Positions 45,998 to 55,573 of a stretch of 64,000 nt of DNA are shown piece after piece. The stretch is from positions 2,747 through 66,746 of the forward strand of contig JBMFTB010000002.1 in assembly GCA_049967255.1 (NCBI GenBank). Reading direction: 5' to 3'. Source of the stretch: Thermoplasmata archaeon (lineage in GTDB: Archaea; Thermoplasmatota; Thermoplasmata; Thermoplasmatales; ARK-15). The notes beneath the pieces are model-generated. The model had not been told where the DNA came from. It was given only the letters and a program-made list of their open reading frames with translations, and did no database searches. The translations under genes were made by a program, and so were the position numbers. How positions within the stretch are numbered: position 1 is the stretch's first letter; each line of letters opens with the position of its first letter.

Positions 45998-46384
45998 AAT
46001 TTTTATTCATTATGTTTTAGGAATTATACAGGATCGTGAGTTTATACGATTTAATTTTAAAAATGATATAAAATCCCTTATTCAACAGATTTTTCTTTAA
46101 ATTATTTCTGGGGTGCTATGAGAATCTCTCTAATATCAAACCTTTTAAAATTTTCAACCCAATATCATCATTTGATTTTATTATCTTCTTTTCCTTTTTT
46201 AATCAGCCATGTATATCATCTGTATAGCCAATAAATGGTCAAGCACATTTTCTAAGAATTTGCTCTCATCTATATTCCTTGCCTCATTATAAATCAATGA
46301 AAGAAACAGATATGACAGGAACATATGTATCCTTATCTTTTCAAAGGGAATTAATAAATATAAGATAATTTTATCCAATTTTCA

Positions 46385-47260
46385 ATGACAATCTATATGG
46401 AAAATGGTTATTTAAATAAAAACATATTAATGTTAGATGCGAATGGATGGAAAAATGATAAAACCACATCATCATTCGTCATTATTGGAAAAGACATAGC
46501 TATTTTAGATCCTGCGGGTAGTGAATCTGCTGAAATCATTTTAAAATTACTCGAAGATTTTAAAATTGAAAAAAATAAAGTAAAATATATATTTGTAACA
46601 CATAGACACAATGACCATTCTGGTGGTGCATCCGTTCTTGTAAAGAAATTAGAAAATGCGAAAATTTATGCACACCCAATAACGATTGAAAATCTAAAGA
46701 ACCCTGAAAAAATAAATGAAGCAACAAAAGCCATGTACGGCTCTCTGGGTGAGCCCATAGATCCTGTTAAAGATTTAGAAAAGCTCGTAAAAATCAGTGA
46801 TGGGGATATATTTGATATTGGAAAAGGTTTGAAGATCAGGTCGATGCTCATGCCAGGGCATACATCTGACCATTTTATGTTTTATGAAGAAAAAAATGTT
46901 TTTGTTTTCACAGGTGATGGCGCAGGTCTTTTTTCAGGTAAATATATGAAATCATTACCAAATTCTTTTCCTCCAAGCTTTAAATTTGAAGAGTATAGGC
47001 GATCACTGCTCAGACTAATAGATTTGAAACCTAAGATCATTGGTTTTTCACATTTCGGTGCAATTTCAGGCGATGATGTTTCTAATGTTCTAAAAGATGC
47101 TTTGCAAATACTTGATGAATGGAAAGAGATCATTGAAAATAATGAAAATTATGAAAATGTAATATTCAATAAGTACAAGGATCAATTTGATCTTTTTTCT
47201 GAGGAATTCAGAAATGATGTTTTAAAAATCATAATTAATGGTTTTAAGAAGAATCTATGA
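46385..47260 (+). CDS. Metallo-beta-lactamase fold hydrolase
   Basis: The HRHNDHSGG (HxHxDH) motif is present, followed by GHTSDH and a distal His. Confidence 0.8.
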   Translation: MTIYMENGYLNKNILMLDANGWKNDKTTSSFVIIGKDIAILDPAGSESAEIILKLLEDFKIEKNKVKYIFVTHRHNDHSGGASVLVKKLENAKIYAHPITIENLKNPEKINEATKAMYGSLGEPIDPVKDLEKLVKISDGDIFDIGKGLKIRSMLMPGHTSDHFMFYEEKNVFVFTGDGAGLFSGKYMKSLPNSFPPSFKFEEYRRSLLRLIDLKPKIIGFSHFGAISGDDVSNVLKDALQILDEWKEIIENNENYENVIFNKYKDQFDLFSEEFRNDVLKIIINGFKKNL

Positions 47261-50200
47261 TTTTTTCAACGGATAAAGATCAAAATCTGTATTAAGACTC
47301 ATTAAAATGCTACTGGCAAGTTTTATATTAGTTATAACAGGAATATTTTTTTCTAATGCTTCTCTTCTAATATAAAATCCATCGCCTATGGATCCATAAG
47401 ATTTGCTTGGTGTGTTTACAACAATACCTATTTCCATGTTTTTGATCACATCCAAAACATTCGGTCTTCTTCCATCACTTATTTTGTAAACTGGTATGGA
47501 TTCTATGCCCATTCTTTTAAGGTAATTGTGTGTCCCGGGTGTTGCATAAATTTTCCAGTCAGAAATAAAATTTATAAAATCAAATTTTTTCTTATTTTCA
47601 TCATTCAAACTCAATAAAATTGATTTTTTTCTTATACTGTAAACAGATGTAAATGCTTTGTACAAAGCCTCTTTGTAATTTTTTCCAATGCCCATCACCT
47701 CTCCTGTTGATTTCATTTCTGGACCAAGTACTGGGTCTGAACCCTTTAATCTGTTGAATGGAAATACTGAAAATTTAACGTAAAAATTGTTTGCATTATT
47801 TATTTTTATTTCATTTAACTTCTCTCCTAGCATTACAGAAGTACCTATCTTTGCATATTGTACATTGTTTGCCTTGGAAATGAATGGGACGGTTCTGCTT
47901 GCTCTTGGATTTGCCTCAATAAAAATTATTTCCCCATCTTTTACCATTAGTTGATAGTTTACAAAACCAACTATATTTGCCTTAGATGTGAGTTCTATAA
48001 CATCATCAGTTATTTTCCTTAACATATCCCTATTTAAATTCATTGAGGGATAAACCATTGTACTGTCTCCTGAATGTATTCCAGCCTCCTCAATGTGTTC
48101 AAGAATACCCATTATATGTGCTTTTTCACCATCAGAAATGACATCAACATCAATTTCAATCGCATCTTCTATGTATTTTTCAATAAGTATGGGGAATTCT
48201 GAACTTATTTTGACATTTCTTAAATAATTTATGAAATCATCATCGCTGTAAATGATGTTCATTCCAGCTCCACCTATGATATAAGATGGCCTTATTAGCA
48301 GTGGATATCCTATTTTTGATGCAAAATTCCTAAAATTTTTCAGATCCTTTACAGTTATACTTGGTGCTCTTTTTTTATTATTCTCTTCTAGGAATAAAGC
48401 AAACTTTTCCCTGTCCTCAAGAAGATCAATGCTTGATGGTTCTGTGCCTAAAATAATATCCTTACCAAATTCTTTAACAAGACTGTTCACGATGTTTATA
48501 GCTGTCTGCCCACCGAATTGAACAATCACACCATATGGCTCTTCTAGATCAATGATATTTGATACGTGCTCGAATGTAATCGGTTCAAAGTATAGTTTAT
48601 CAGAAAGGTCAAAGTCCGTTGAAACTGTTTCTGGATTGTTATTGACCACTATACTCTTAAAATTTGTTTGGCTTAGGTATAGCACAGCTTCAACTGTTGA
48701 ATAATCAAACTCAATGCCTTGCCCTATCCTTATTGGGCCAGAACCTAAAACTATTACACCATTTTTAAGCTTAAAAGATTCGTTTTCATTTCCATTGTAT
48801 GTGCTATAAAAATAAGGTGTTATAGCATCAAATTCTCCTGCACAGGTGTCAATTGCCTTAAACACTGGTAATATGCCATAATTTTTTCTCAGCCTCCTGA
48901 AATCATTTTCATCCATGCCCATTTCCCTTGAAATATATTTATCACTTATGCCAAGTTTCTTGCAAATTTTTATTGTTTCTACATCTTGTGAAATTTTCAA
49001 TCTTTCCTGCACTTCAACAATATTTTTAATTTTTTCAATGAAAAATTTATTCCAGCCGGTCAGATTTGAAATAAGATCTAAATCCCATCTTCTTCTTATT
49101 GCTTCTGCTATAGCAAAAATTCTAATATCAGTGGGATTTTCAAGTAGATTTTTTATTTCGTTATCAGAATATTTTAAATTAAAAAGTTCATAGTAATTTT
49201 TGTCTAGGGAAAGAATTGCCTTCATCAAAGCCTCTTCAAATTTTCTACCAATGCCCATCACCTCTCCTGTTGATTTCATTGACATACCTATCCTTCTTTC
49301 AGCGTCATTAAATTTTTCAAAGTGCCATCTTGGTATCTTAACAGCCACATAATCTATGCTTGGTTCAAATGCTGCAAATGTGTTCCCTGTTACGGGGTTT
49401 TTAATTTCATCCAACGTATATCCAAGGGCTATTTTTGCAGCTATTCTTGCTATTGGATAGCCTGTTGCTTTTGATGCAAGGGCACTGGATCTAGATGTTC
49501 TAGGATTTACCTCTACTACAAAATATTCATACGTTTCAGGATTTAGGGCAAACTGAATGTTGCATGCACCAAGAATTTTTAATTCCTCTATGATTTTGAA
49601 TGCTGAGTCTCTAAGCCTCTGGTAATTAGCATCACTGAGAGTTAATGATGGTGTAACAACAATACTTTCACCCGTATGTATTCCCATGGGATCAATATTC
49701 TCCATGGAGCAAACTGCTATTTTATTTCCTTTTGAGTCCCTAATAAGTTCTATTTCAAACTCCTGTAAATTCAACAATGATTGTTCAACAATAATTTCAT
49801 GAACGGGTGAAAGCATTAAACCTTCAGAACTGATATCCATTAACTCTTTCTCATTTTTTGCAATGCCTGTTCCTGCACCGCCCAGTGTGAATGAAGATCT
49901 TACAATTATTGGAAACTTTCCTATAATCTTCATTGCATTTATAACATCCTCTACATTTTTGCATTTGATTCCAAGGGCGGTTGGTTCATTTATTTTAATT
50001 AGCATGTTCCTGAACTTTTCTCTGTCCTCGGCAATATCAATGGATTCTTTTCCTGTTCCTATTACCTTAACGTTGTATTTTTCTAAGATACCATTTTCAG
50101 CTAATTCATGGATGGCATTTAAAGCTACCTGACCGCCAAAGCTTGAAGCAATACTATCTATTTTTTCATTTTTTATTATTTTTTCAATGGTGTTAATATT

Positions 50201-50407
50201 TATAGGTTCAAGATATACAGAATCAGCAAATTCCAGCTCTGTCTGAATCGTTGCAGGATTCGGATTCAATACAACTACCTTGCACCCCTCTTCCTTAAAA
50301 ACCTTGCAGGCCTGCGTTCCAGAATAATCAAACTCCGCTGCCTGACCAATTATTATTGGTCCTGAACCTATAACAAGAACATTTCTTATATTATTATTCC
50401 TTGGCAA
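47255..50407 (-). CDS. carB: Carbamoyl-phosphate synthase large subunit
   Basis: 1050 aa with two ATP-grasp halves. VLVIGSGPIIIGQAAEFDYSG, repeated STGEVMGIG motifs, and a C-terminal MGS-like domain. Confidence 0.95.
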   Translation of the reverse strand: MPRNNNIRNVLVIGSGPIIIGQAAEFDYSGTQACKVFKEEGCKVVVLNPNPATIQTELEFADSVYLEPININTIEKIIKNEKIDSIASSFGGQVALNAIHELAENGILEKYNVKVIGTGKESIDIAEDREKFRNMLIKINEPTALGIKCKNVEDVINAMKIIGKFPIIVRSSFTLGGAGTGIAKNEKELMDISSEGLMLSPVHEIIVEQSLLNLQEFEIELIRDSKGNKIAVCSMENIDPMGIHTGESIVVTPSLTLSDANYQRLRDSAFKIIEELKILGACNIQFALNPETYEYFVVEVNPRTSRSSALASKATGYPIARIAAKIALGYTLDEIKNPVTGNTFAAFEPSIDYVAVKIPRWHFEKFNDAERRIGMSMKSTGEVMGIGRKFEEALMKAILSLDKNYYELFNLKYSDNEIKNLLENPTDIRIFAIAEAIRRRWDLDLISNLTGWNKFFIEKIKNIVEVQERLKISQDVETIKICKKLGISDKYISREMGMDENDFRRLRKNYGILPVFKAIDTCAGEFDAITPYFYSTYNGNENESFKLKNGVIVLGSGPIRIGQGIEFDYSTVEAVLYLSQTNFKSIVVNNNPETVSTDFDLSDKLYFEPITFEHVSNIIDLEEPYGVIVQFGGQTAINIVNSLVKEFGKDIILGTEPSSIDLLEDREKFALFLEENNKKRAPSITVKDLKNFRNFASKIGYPLLIRPSYIIGGAGMNIIYSDDDFINYLRNVKISSEFPILIEKYIEDAIEIDVDVISDGEKAHIMGILEHIEEAGIHSGDSTMVYPSMNLNRDMLRKITDDVIELTSKANIVGFVNYQLMVKDGEIIFIEANPRASRTVPFISKANNVQYAKIGTSVMLGEKLNEIKINNANNFYVKFSVFPFNRLKGSDPVLGPEMKSTGEVMGIGKNYKEALYKAFTSVYSIRKKSILLSLNDENKKKFDFINFISDWKIYATPGTHNYLKRMGIESIPVYKISDGRRPNVLDVIKNMEIGIVVNTPSKSYGSIGDGFYIRREALEKNIPVITNIKLASSILMSLNTDFDLYPLKKS

Positions 50408-51440
50408 ATTTTATCACCATCCCTTTAAAATTTTCAAAAATAAACCTTGTATCAGATGTTCCTGGTCTTGATTCAGGATGGTATTGTACGCCAGTGATAG
50501 GCAAATATCTATGCCTGAAACCCTCCACTGTATTATCATTAAGATCAATCTGGTCTATAATTATTTCATCTTTTTCATCTGCCTTTACTGCAAATCCATG
50601 GTTGTGTGTAGTTATGTAAATATTACCGTTATAAATCACTGGATGGTTAATACCCCTATGCCCAAATTTCATTTTATATGTTTTAAGTTTAAAGCTTCTG
50701 GCTATTAATTGATGCCCTAGGCATATCCCTAGCAAAGGTTTTTTAAAGTTATTTATTGAATTCACGAGAGAATCGAGTTCATTATGGCTCGGGTTTCCAG
50801 GACCATTAGAGATTACAATACCATCATATTCGTCAGGATTGAATTTTTCATGGTATGGTATAAGTGTGACGTTTGAAATTCTAAGTAAATTCTTCAAAAT
50901 ACCGTTCTTCACACCAAGGTCAATCAGGGCAATGTTCAATTCATCATTCCCCTTATAAAATATTTTCTTCTTCGAGGCTGTTTCCCTGAACAATGGTAAA
51001 TCATTTGGATTTTTTGTATTTAGCAAAATATTTTCTGCATCCTTTAGCTCATTTTCTGGCTTGCCTGGATAAATTATTCCAATCAATGATCCAGTATGTG
51101 TAATTTCTCTAATTAGTGTTCTTGTATCTATTCCAGTAAGTACTGGAACATTGTTCATTTTAAGGAAATTTATAAAATTGCTGTTCTCGTAGATTTCAAG
51201 TGCAATTACTCCATTTACCCAAACATTTGAAGATTCCATGTGTTCCGGATAAAAACCATAATTCCCTATCAAGGGAAACGAAAAGATTAAAATTTGGCCG
51301 GCATAAGAAGGGTCTGTAACACTTTCAGTATATCCCTGCATTGACGTTGTGAAAACGAGTTCACCTGTACGGGGAAAATGAGATCCTAAAAGCTTTCCTT
51401 CAAACACTTTTCCATTTTCGGTTAATAAAAAGCCATCCAT
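50394..51440 (-). CDS. carA: Carbamoyl-phosphate synthase small (glutamine amidotransferase) subunit
   Basis: TSMQGYTESVTDPSYAGQILIFSFPLIGNYG and the GATase triad region GICLGHQL..HRG.NHPV..QYHPE. It overlaps carB by 14 nt. Confidence 0.95.
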   Translation of the reverse strand: MDGFLLTENGKVFEGKLLGSHFPRTGELVFTTSMQGYTESVTDPSYAGQILIFSFPLIGNYGFYPEHMESSNVWVNGVIALEIYENSNFINFLKMNNVPVLTGIDTRTLIREITHTGSLIGIIYPGKPENELKDAENILLNTKNPNDLPLFRETASKKKIFYKGNDELNIALIDLGVKNGILKNLLRISNVTLIPYHEKFNPDEYDGIVISNGPGNPSHNELDSLVNSINNFKKPLLGICLGHQLIARSFKLKTYKMKFGHRGINHPVIYNGNIYITTHNHGFAVKADEKDEIIIDQIDLNDNTVEGFRHRYLPITGVQYHPESRPGTSDTRFIFENFKGMVIKFAKE

Positions 51441-51524
51441 TAAGGATTATCAAGAAACCTATCATATTATTAAACTTTGTTTTTTTATAAAGAAAAGATT
51501 TAAATTCAAATTAAAATTAATTGA

Positions 51525-52424
51525 ATGAAAATGATTGAAGTAATTAACATGGAGAAAAAATTTGGTGAAAATACTGTCCTAACAAACATTAATTTCAAGA
51601 TTGGCAAAGGTGAAATATTCGGTTATTTGGGGCCAAATGGTGCAGGAAAAACGACCACCATAAGGATCCTTACTGGAATAATAGAACCAACATCAGGTGA
51701 AATTTATATCGATGAGCATGACTTAAAAAATGATAAAAAATATATAAGGAGCATTAGTGGCCTTTTAACTGAAAATCCTGGTTTTTATGAAAGATTTAAC
51801 GCTGTTGAAAACATATCATTCTTTTCAAAACTTTATGGTATAGATGAAAATGAACTCAATTCAAGAATTTCATTCTATTTCAAAATGTTTGGTTTGTGGG
51901 ATCAAAGGCTTCAACCTGTTGGAACATTTTCTAAAGGAATGAAGCAAAAGCTTGCATTAATAAGATCCATAATTCACGATCCTGATTATATTTATCTGGA
52001 TGAGCCCACAGCATCACTCGATCCTGAAACATCCAATGTTGTTAGGTCATTTATAAAAAATTTGAAGTGTCAAGGCAAAACAATTTTCCTGAGTACGCAC
52101 AATTTAAATGAAGCAGAGGAAGTATGTGACAGGGTGGCAATTCTTAACAGAAAAATTATTGATATAGGCACAGCAGATGAACTTAAGAGTAGAATATTTG
52201 GAAGGAAAATAATAATTGAATTTGATGGGGAAGAAAGCAAAGTTAGAAGTATTTTATCAGGGCTTAACCTGAATTTTAGCATAGATGGAAATAAAATTTA
52301 TCTGATAAATGTGGAAAAGAGCCCTTCCATTATCAAAGCTCTTGTCAATTCAGGCGTTGATATTTTATACGTTTACAGGGAAGACCATAGCCTTGAAGAA
52401 ATATATATGGAGATGGTAAAATAA
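51525..52424 (+). CDS. ABC transporter ATP-binding protein (ABC-2/drug-exporter type)
   Basis: GPNGAGKTTT (Walker A), FSKGMKQKLAL (signature-like), IYLDEPTASLD (Walker B). Confidence 0.9.
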   Translation: MKMIEVINMEKKFGENTVLTNINFKIGKGEIFGYLGPNGAGKTTTIRILTGIIEPTSGEIYIDEHDLKNDKKYIRSISGLLTENPGFYERFNAVENISFFSKLYGIDENELNSRISFYFKMFGLWDQRLQPVGTFSKGMKQKLALIRSIIHDPDYIYLDEPTASLDPETSNVVRSFIKNLKCQGKTIFLSTHNLNEAEEVCDRVAILNRKIIDIGTADELKSRIFGRKIIIEFDGEESKVRSILSGLNLNFSIDGNKIYLINVEKSPSIIKALVNSGVDILYVYREDHSLEEIYMEMVK

Positions 52425-53209
52425 TGGATATCAAGAATGTTTTAATCATGTATAGAAAGGATCTTAGGGAAATTATGACATTAAGAACAGTCAAATATTC
52501 GATCATAATTTTCCCAGTAATTTTTCTTGCAATACTCCTTTTTATTCTTTATTTTTCATATATTAATCTTGGATCTGTTAATGGTGTTCCAAATCTTTTA
52601 AACAGTACCTTGAATTCAATACCATACAGTTCAAAGGGGAAAATATTTTATTACCTTTCCATGAATTATTTAATTTTTCTTTCAATAGTTCCTCTTTCTC
52701 TTGCTTCAACCATATCGTCATACAGTATTGTTGGTGAAAAGCAGCAGAAAACTATAGAACCAATACTTGCAACACCTATAGATGATAGAGAGTTTTTCCT
52801 AGGTAAGTTGCTTGCACCTCTCGTACCAACCCTGGGTATTACATATGCTGTCATTGCAATATATTCTATATTTTCCGATTTTATAACTTATAATTACGGT
52901 TACATAATTTATCCAAACATTCCATGGTTCATTGTTGTAATCCTTTTCATTCCTTTTTCAACAGTGTTAATGATTCTTTTTACGCTTTTATTTTCATCAA
53001 GAGCCATAGATCCAAGGTCAAGCCAGCAATTTTCAGCAATAATACTTATTCCTGTTCTTGTTATTTTCTTTTTAAGCATGCTTATTTATTCACTTGAATC
53101 AATATTGCTTATTATTTTAACAGCAATAGTGATAATTTTTGATTTTATACTGTTTAAAATAACGATTAAAATATTTAACAGGGAAAATATAGTAACGAGG
53201 TGGAAATAA
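52424..53209 (+). CDS. ABC-2 type transporter permease
   Basis: 261 aa with about 6 hydrophobic helices. The ATG overlaps the stop of the ATPase gene (TAATG). Confidence 0.75.
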   Translation: MDIKNVLIMYRKDLREIMTLRTVKYSIIIFPVIFLAILLFILYFSYINLGSVNGVPNLLNSTLNSIPYSSKGKIFYYLSMNYLIFLSIVPLSLASTISSYSIVGEKQQKTIEPILATPIDDREFFLGKLLAPLVPTLGITYAVIAIYSIFSDFITYNYGYIIYPNIPWFIVVILFIPFSTVLMILFTLLFSSRAIDPRSSQQFSAIILIPVLVIFFLSMLIYSLESILLIILTAIVIIFDFILFKITIKIFNRENIVTRWK

Positions 53210-54070
53210 ATGTTTCTATCAGTATTGGGTCATTTGAATATTGATTTTATAATTTCTGTTCCAAGGATACCTGAGGAGGGTTCTATATTCACCAGAAGCG
53301 CATTTGCAAGGGCAGGTGGAACAGCCCGGAATATTGCACTTGTTGCAGGCAAACTCGGCATTGATGCTGAAATATTTGCAAAGGTAGGGATTAATTTTCC
53401 AAATGAATATATTGAAGAACTTGAAAAAAACAATGTAAGTACAAAAAATATATTAAAAGATCATAGGTTCGGATTTTCACCTGTGTGTTTTATAGTCAGT
53501 GATTCAAATAAGCAGGTTGCGTTCATTGATCAAGGTCCAATGGGCGATAATGGCATTTTTTATGATGATCTTCCGAGTGGTGAATGGGTTCATTTCAGTA
53601 CAGGTGATCCAAAAGAATATCTAAAAATAAAGGAAAGAGAAGATAGAAATTTTGTTTTTGATCCAGGGCAGGAAATAGATTATAGGTATTCTAAGGAAAT
53701 TTTCACTTCTATGGTTGAAGGATCAAAAATATTATTTTTTAATAGAAATGAATATGAAAGGGCAAAGAGTTTTATGGACACAGAAAAAATGCTGGAATCT
53801 GCAGAAAATATTATAGTTACACTTGGAAAGGATGGCTGTACATTAATGGACAAGAATGAAAAATTATCCTTAAATGCTTATACCATTAAAGCAAAAGAAA
53901 CAATAGGTGCTGGTGATTCTTTCAGGGCTGGTTTTTACCTTGGAATAAAAAATAATTTTGGTATTAAAAAATCATGTTATATGGGCATGAAGATTGCATC
54001 AATTGTTGTTGAAGAAGGAAAAATACCATCTCGTTTCCCATCATTAGAGGAACTGATCAAATCTCTTTAG
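53210..54070 (+). CDS. PfkB-family carbohydrate/nucleoside kinase
   Basis: N-terminal GHLNIDF..GG.ARN.A and C-terminal GAGDSFRAGF (the PfkB anion-hole motif). Confidence 0.8.
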   Translation: MFLSVLGHLNIDFIISVPRIPEEGSIFTRSAFARAGGTARNIALVAGKLGIDAEIFAKVGINFPNEYIEELEKNNVSTKNILKDHRFGFSPVCFIVSDSNKQVAFIDQGPMGDNGIFYDDLPSGEWVHFSTGDPKEYLKIKEREDRNFVFDPGQEIDYRYSKEIFTSMVEGSKILFFNRNEYERAKSFMDTEKMLESAENIIVTLGKDGCTLMDKNEKLSLNAYTIKAKETIGAGDSFRAGFYLGIKNNFGIKKSCYMGMKIASIVVEEGKIPSRFPSLEELIKSL

Positions 54071-55418
54071 ATATTGACTCAACAATAATCTTATATTTGT
54101 TGAAAATCCTTTCAGCATCATTTTTTTCATCTGATTCTGAATAAATCCTTATTATTGGTTCTGTTCCGGATGGTCTCACAAGTACCCATGAACTTCCCTC
54201 ATATATTTTAATACCATCTATGTCAATGATTTTATCCCCCTTTGCCTGGGATTTTAAAATTTCCATTATTCTTTTCATTTTATCTTTATCAACAGTTACA
54301 GATCCTTTTTTAACATAATACTCTGGCAATTCTTTTAGCAGTTCTGATATCTTTTTTCCTCTTTTTGAAATTATCTCAATAATTTTTGCCATTCCCATAG
54401 CGCCATCCCTGCAGAACTGCATTTCTGGAAATATAAGACCACCATTATCTTCACCACCGAATATTGCGTTCAGTTCTATCATTTTCCTAGCTATTATTGG
54501 TGCTCCCACCCTTGTGTAAACAACCTTTGAACCATATTCGTTAGCTATGTACTCTATAGACTGTGATGCACTCACAGGTAAAACTATAATGCCTTTTTTA
54601 TACATTACGATATGTTTTGTAACCAATGCAAGGATCTTATCACCTGGTATAAAATTTCCATTCTCATCTACAAATACAACTCTATCAGCATCACCGTCAT
54701 GGGCAATGCCAAGGTCAAAATTTCCAGTTGTAAATTTCATAAGATCCTTTAAATTTTCTTCTTTAGGTTCCGGATTATGGGAACTGAAGGATCCATCCGG
54801 ATTGCAGTTCAGAGTTGAGAATTTAACATTCAGTCTTTTAAGTATTTCAGGAGATGTTAAGTATGATGCTCCATTAGAGCAATCAAGTAAAATTTTCAAT
54901 CCAGAATTCCTTATAGATGAAGAATCAACAAGTGATAAAACTCTGTTGATATAATCATCATTTATAGAATCCAGTCTGATATATTTTCCAATGTTTTGCC
55001 ATCCTAAGCTCTTAAATCTATTTTGATAAAACAAATACTCAATTTCATTCTCTTTTGACTCATCAAGTTCTGTTCCATCATTATCAATGCATTTTATACC
55101 ATTGTATTCTGGTGGGTTATGGCTTGCAGTGATCATTATCCCAAAATAACCGTATGTTTTACATGCCAGCTGTAAAGATGGTGTAGGTAAAACGCCTGTA
55201 TCATAAACATTCATACCAGAAGACAATAAAACAGAAATAACATTCATCTTCACCATTTCACCTGAAACTCTTGTATCACGGCCTATAATCACATTTTTTT
55301 CGGTATTTAAATATGATGCTATTGCTTTTGAAACCCTGGTTATAAATTCATTATTAAAATCTTCGTTTACTATGCCCCTTATACCGTTTGTACCGAAGAG
55401 TCCTTTTTTAGAAGCCAT
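54057..55418 (-). CDS. Phosphohexomutase (phosphoglucosamine/phosphomannomutase family)
   Basis: LFGTNGIRG, the active-site segment TASHNPPEYNGIK, the metal loop DGDADR, and C-terminal RPSGTEP. Confidence 0.9.
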   Translation of the reverse strand: MASKKGLFGTNGIRGIVNEDFNNEFITRVSKAIASYLNTEKNVIIGRDTRVSGEMVKMNVISVLLSSGMNVYDTGVLPTPSLQLACKTYGYFGIMITASHNPPEYNGIKCIDNDGTELDESKENEIEYLFYQNRFKSLGWQNIGKYIRLDSINDDYINRVLSLVDSSSIRNSGLKILLDCSNGASYLTSPEILKRLNVKFSTLNCNPDGSFSSHNPEPKEENLKDLMKFTTGNFDLGIAHDGDADRVVFVDENGNFIPGDKILALVTKHIVMYKKGIIVLPVSASQSIEYIANEYGSKVVYTRVGAPIIARKMIELNAIFGGEDNGGLIFPEMQFCRDGAMGMAKIIEIISKRGKKISELLKELPEYYVKKGSVTVDKDKMKRIMEILKSQAKGDKIIDIDGIKIYEGSSWVLVRPSGTEPIIRIYSESDEKNDAERIFNKYKIIVESISKEI

Positions 55419-55573
55419 TAATAAAGCAATTGAATGCTATAATAAATCTTTTTTCTTTTGAAGATTATTCTAAATATTTTTAAAAAAATTAAAAATTTTA
55501 TAATTTCTAGACTTTTTCATAAATTTATTTTAAATAAAAAAAAGTTTTTTAATGTTTTATTATTATTCCTATT

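Noticed and set aside
47685-49280. A 33-nt identical repeat (47685-47717 and 49248-49280, ccaatgcccatcacctctcctgttgatttcatt), with further similarity upstream of each copy
   Set aside because: Both copies encode the conserved MKSTGEVMGIG motif in the two homologous halves of carB, which arose from an ancient internal duplication. Strong codon bias plus motif conservation can explain the identity. Gene conversion between the halves is possible but is not a separate feature.
28344-50407. Inteins or other large insertions in EF-2, carB, ABCE1 (8345-10108) or other conserved genes
   Set aside because: All lengths are normal for the families (737, 1050 and 587 aa). The motif blocks are contiguous, with no Cys/Ser-initiated insert ending in His-Asn.
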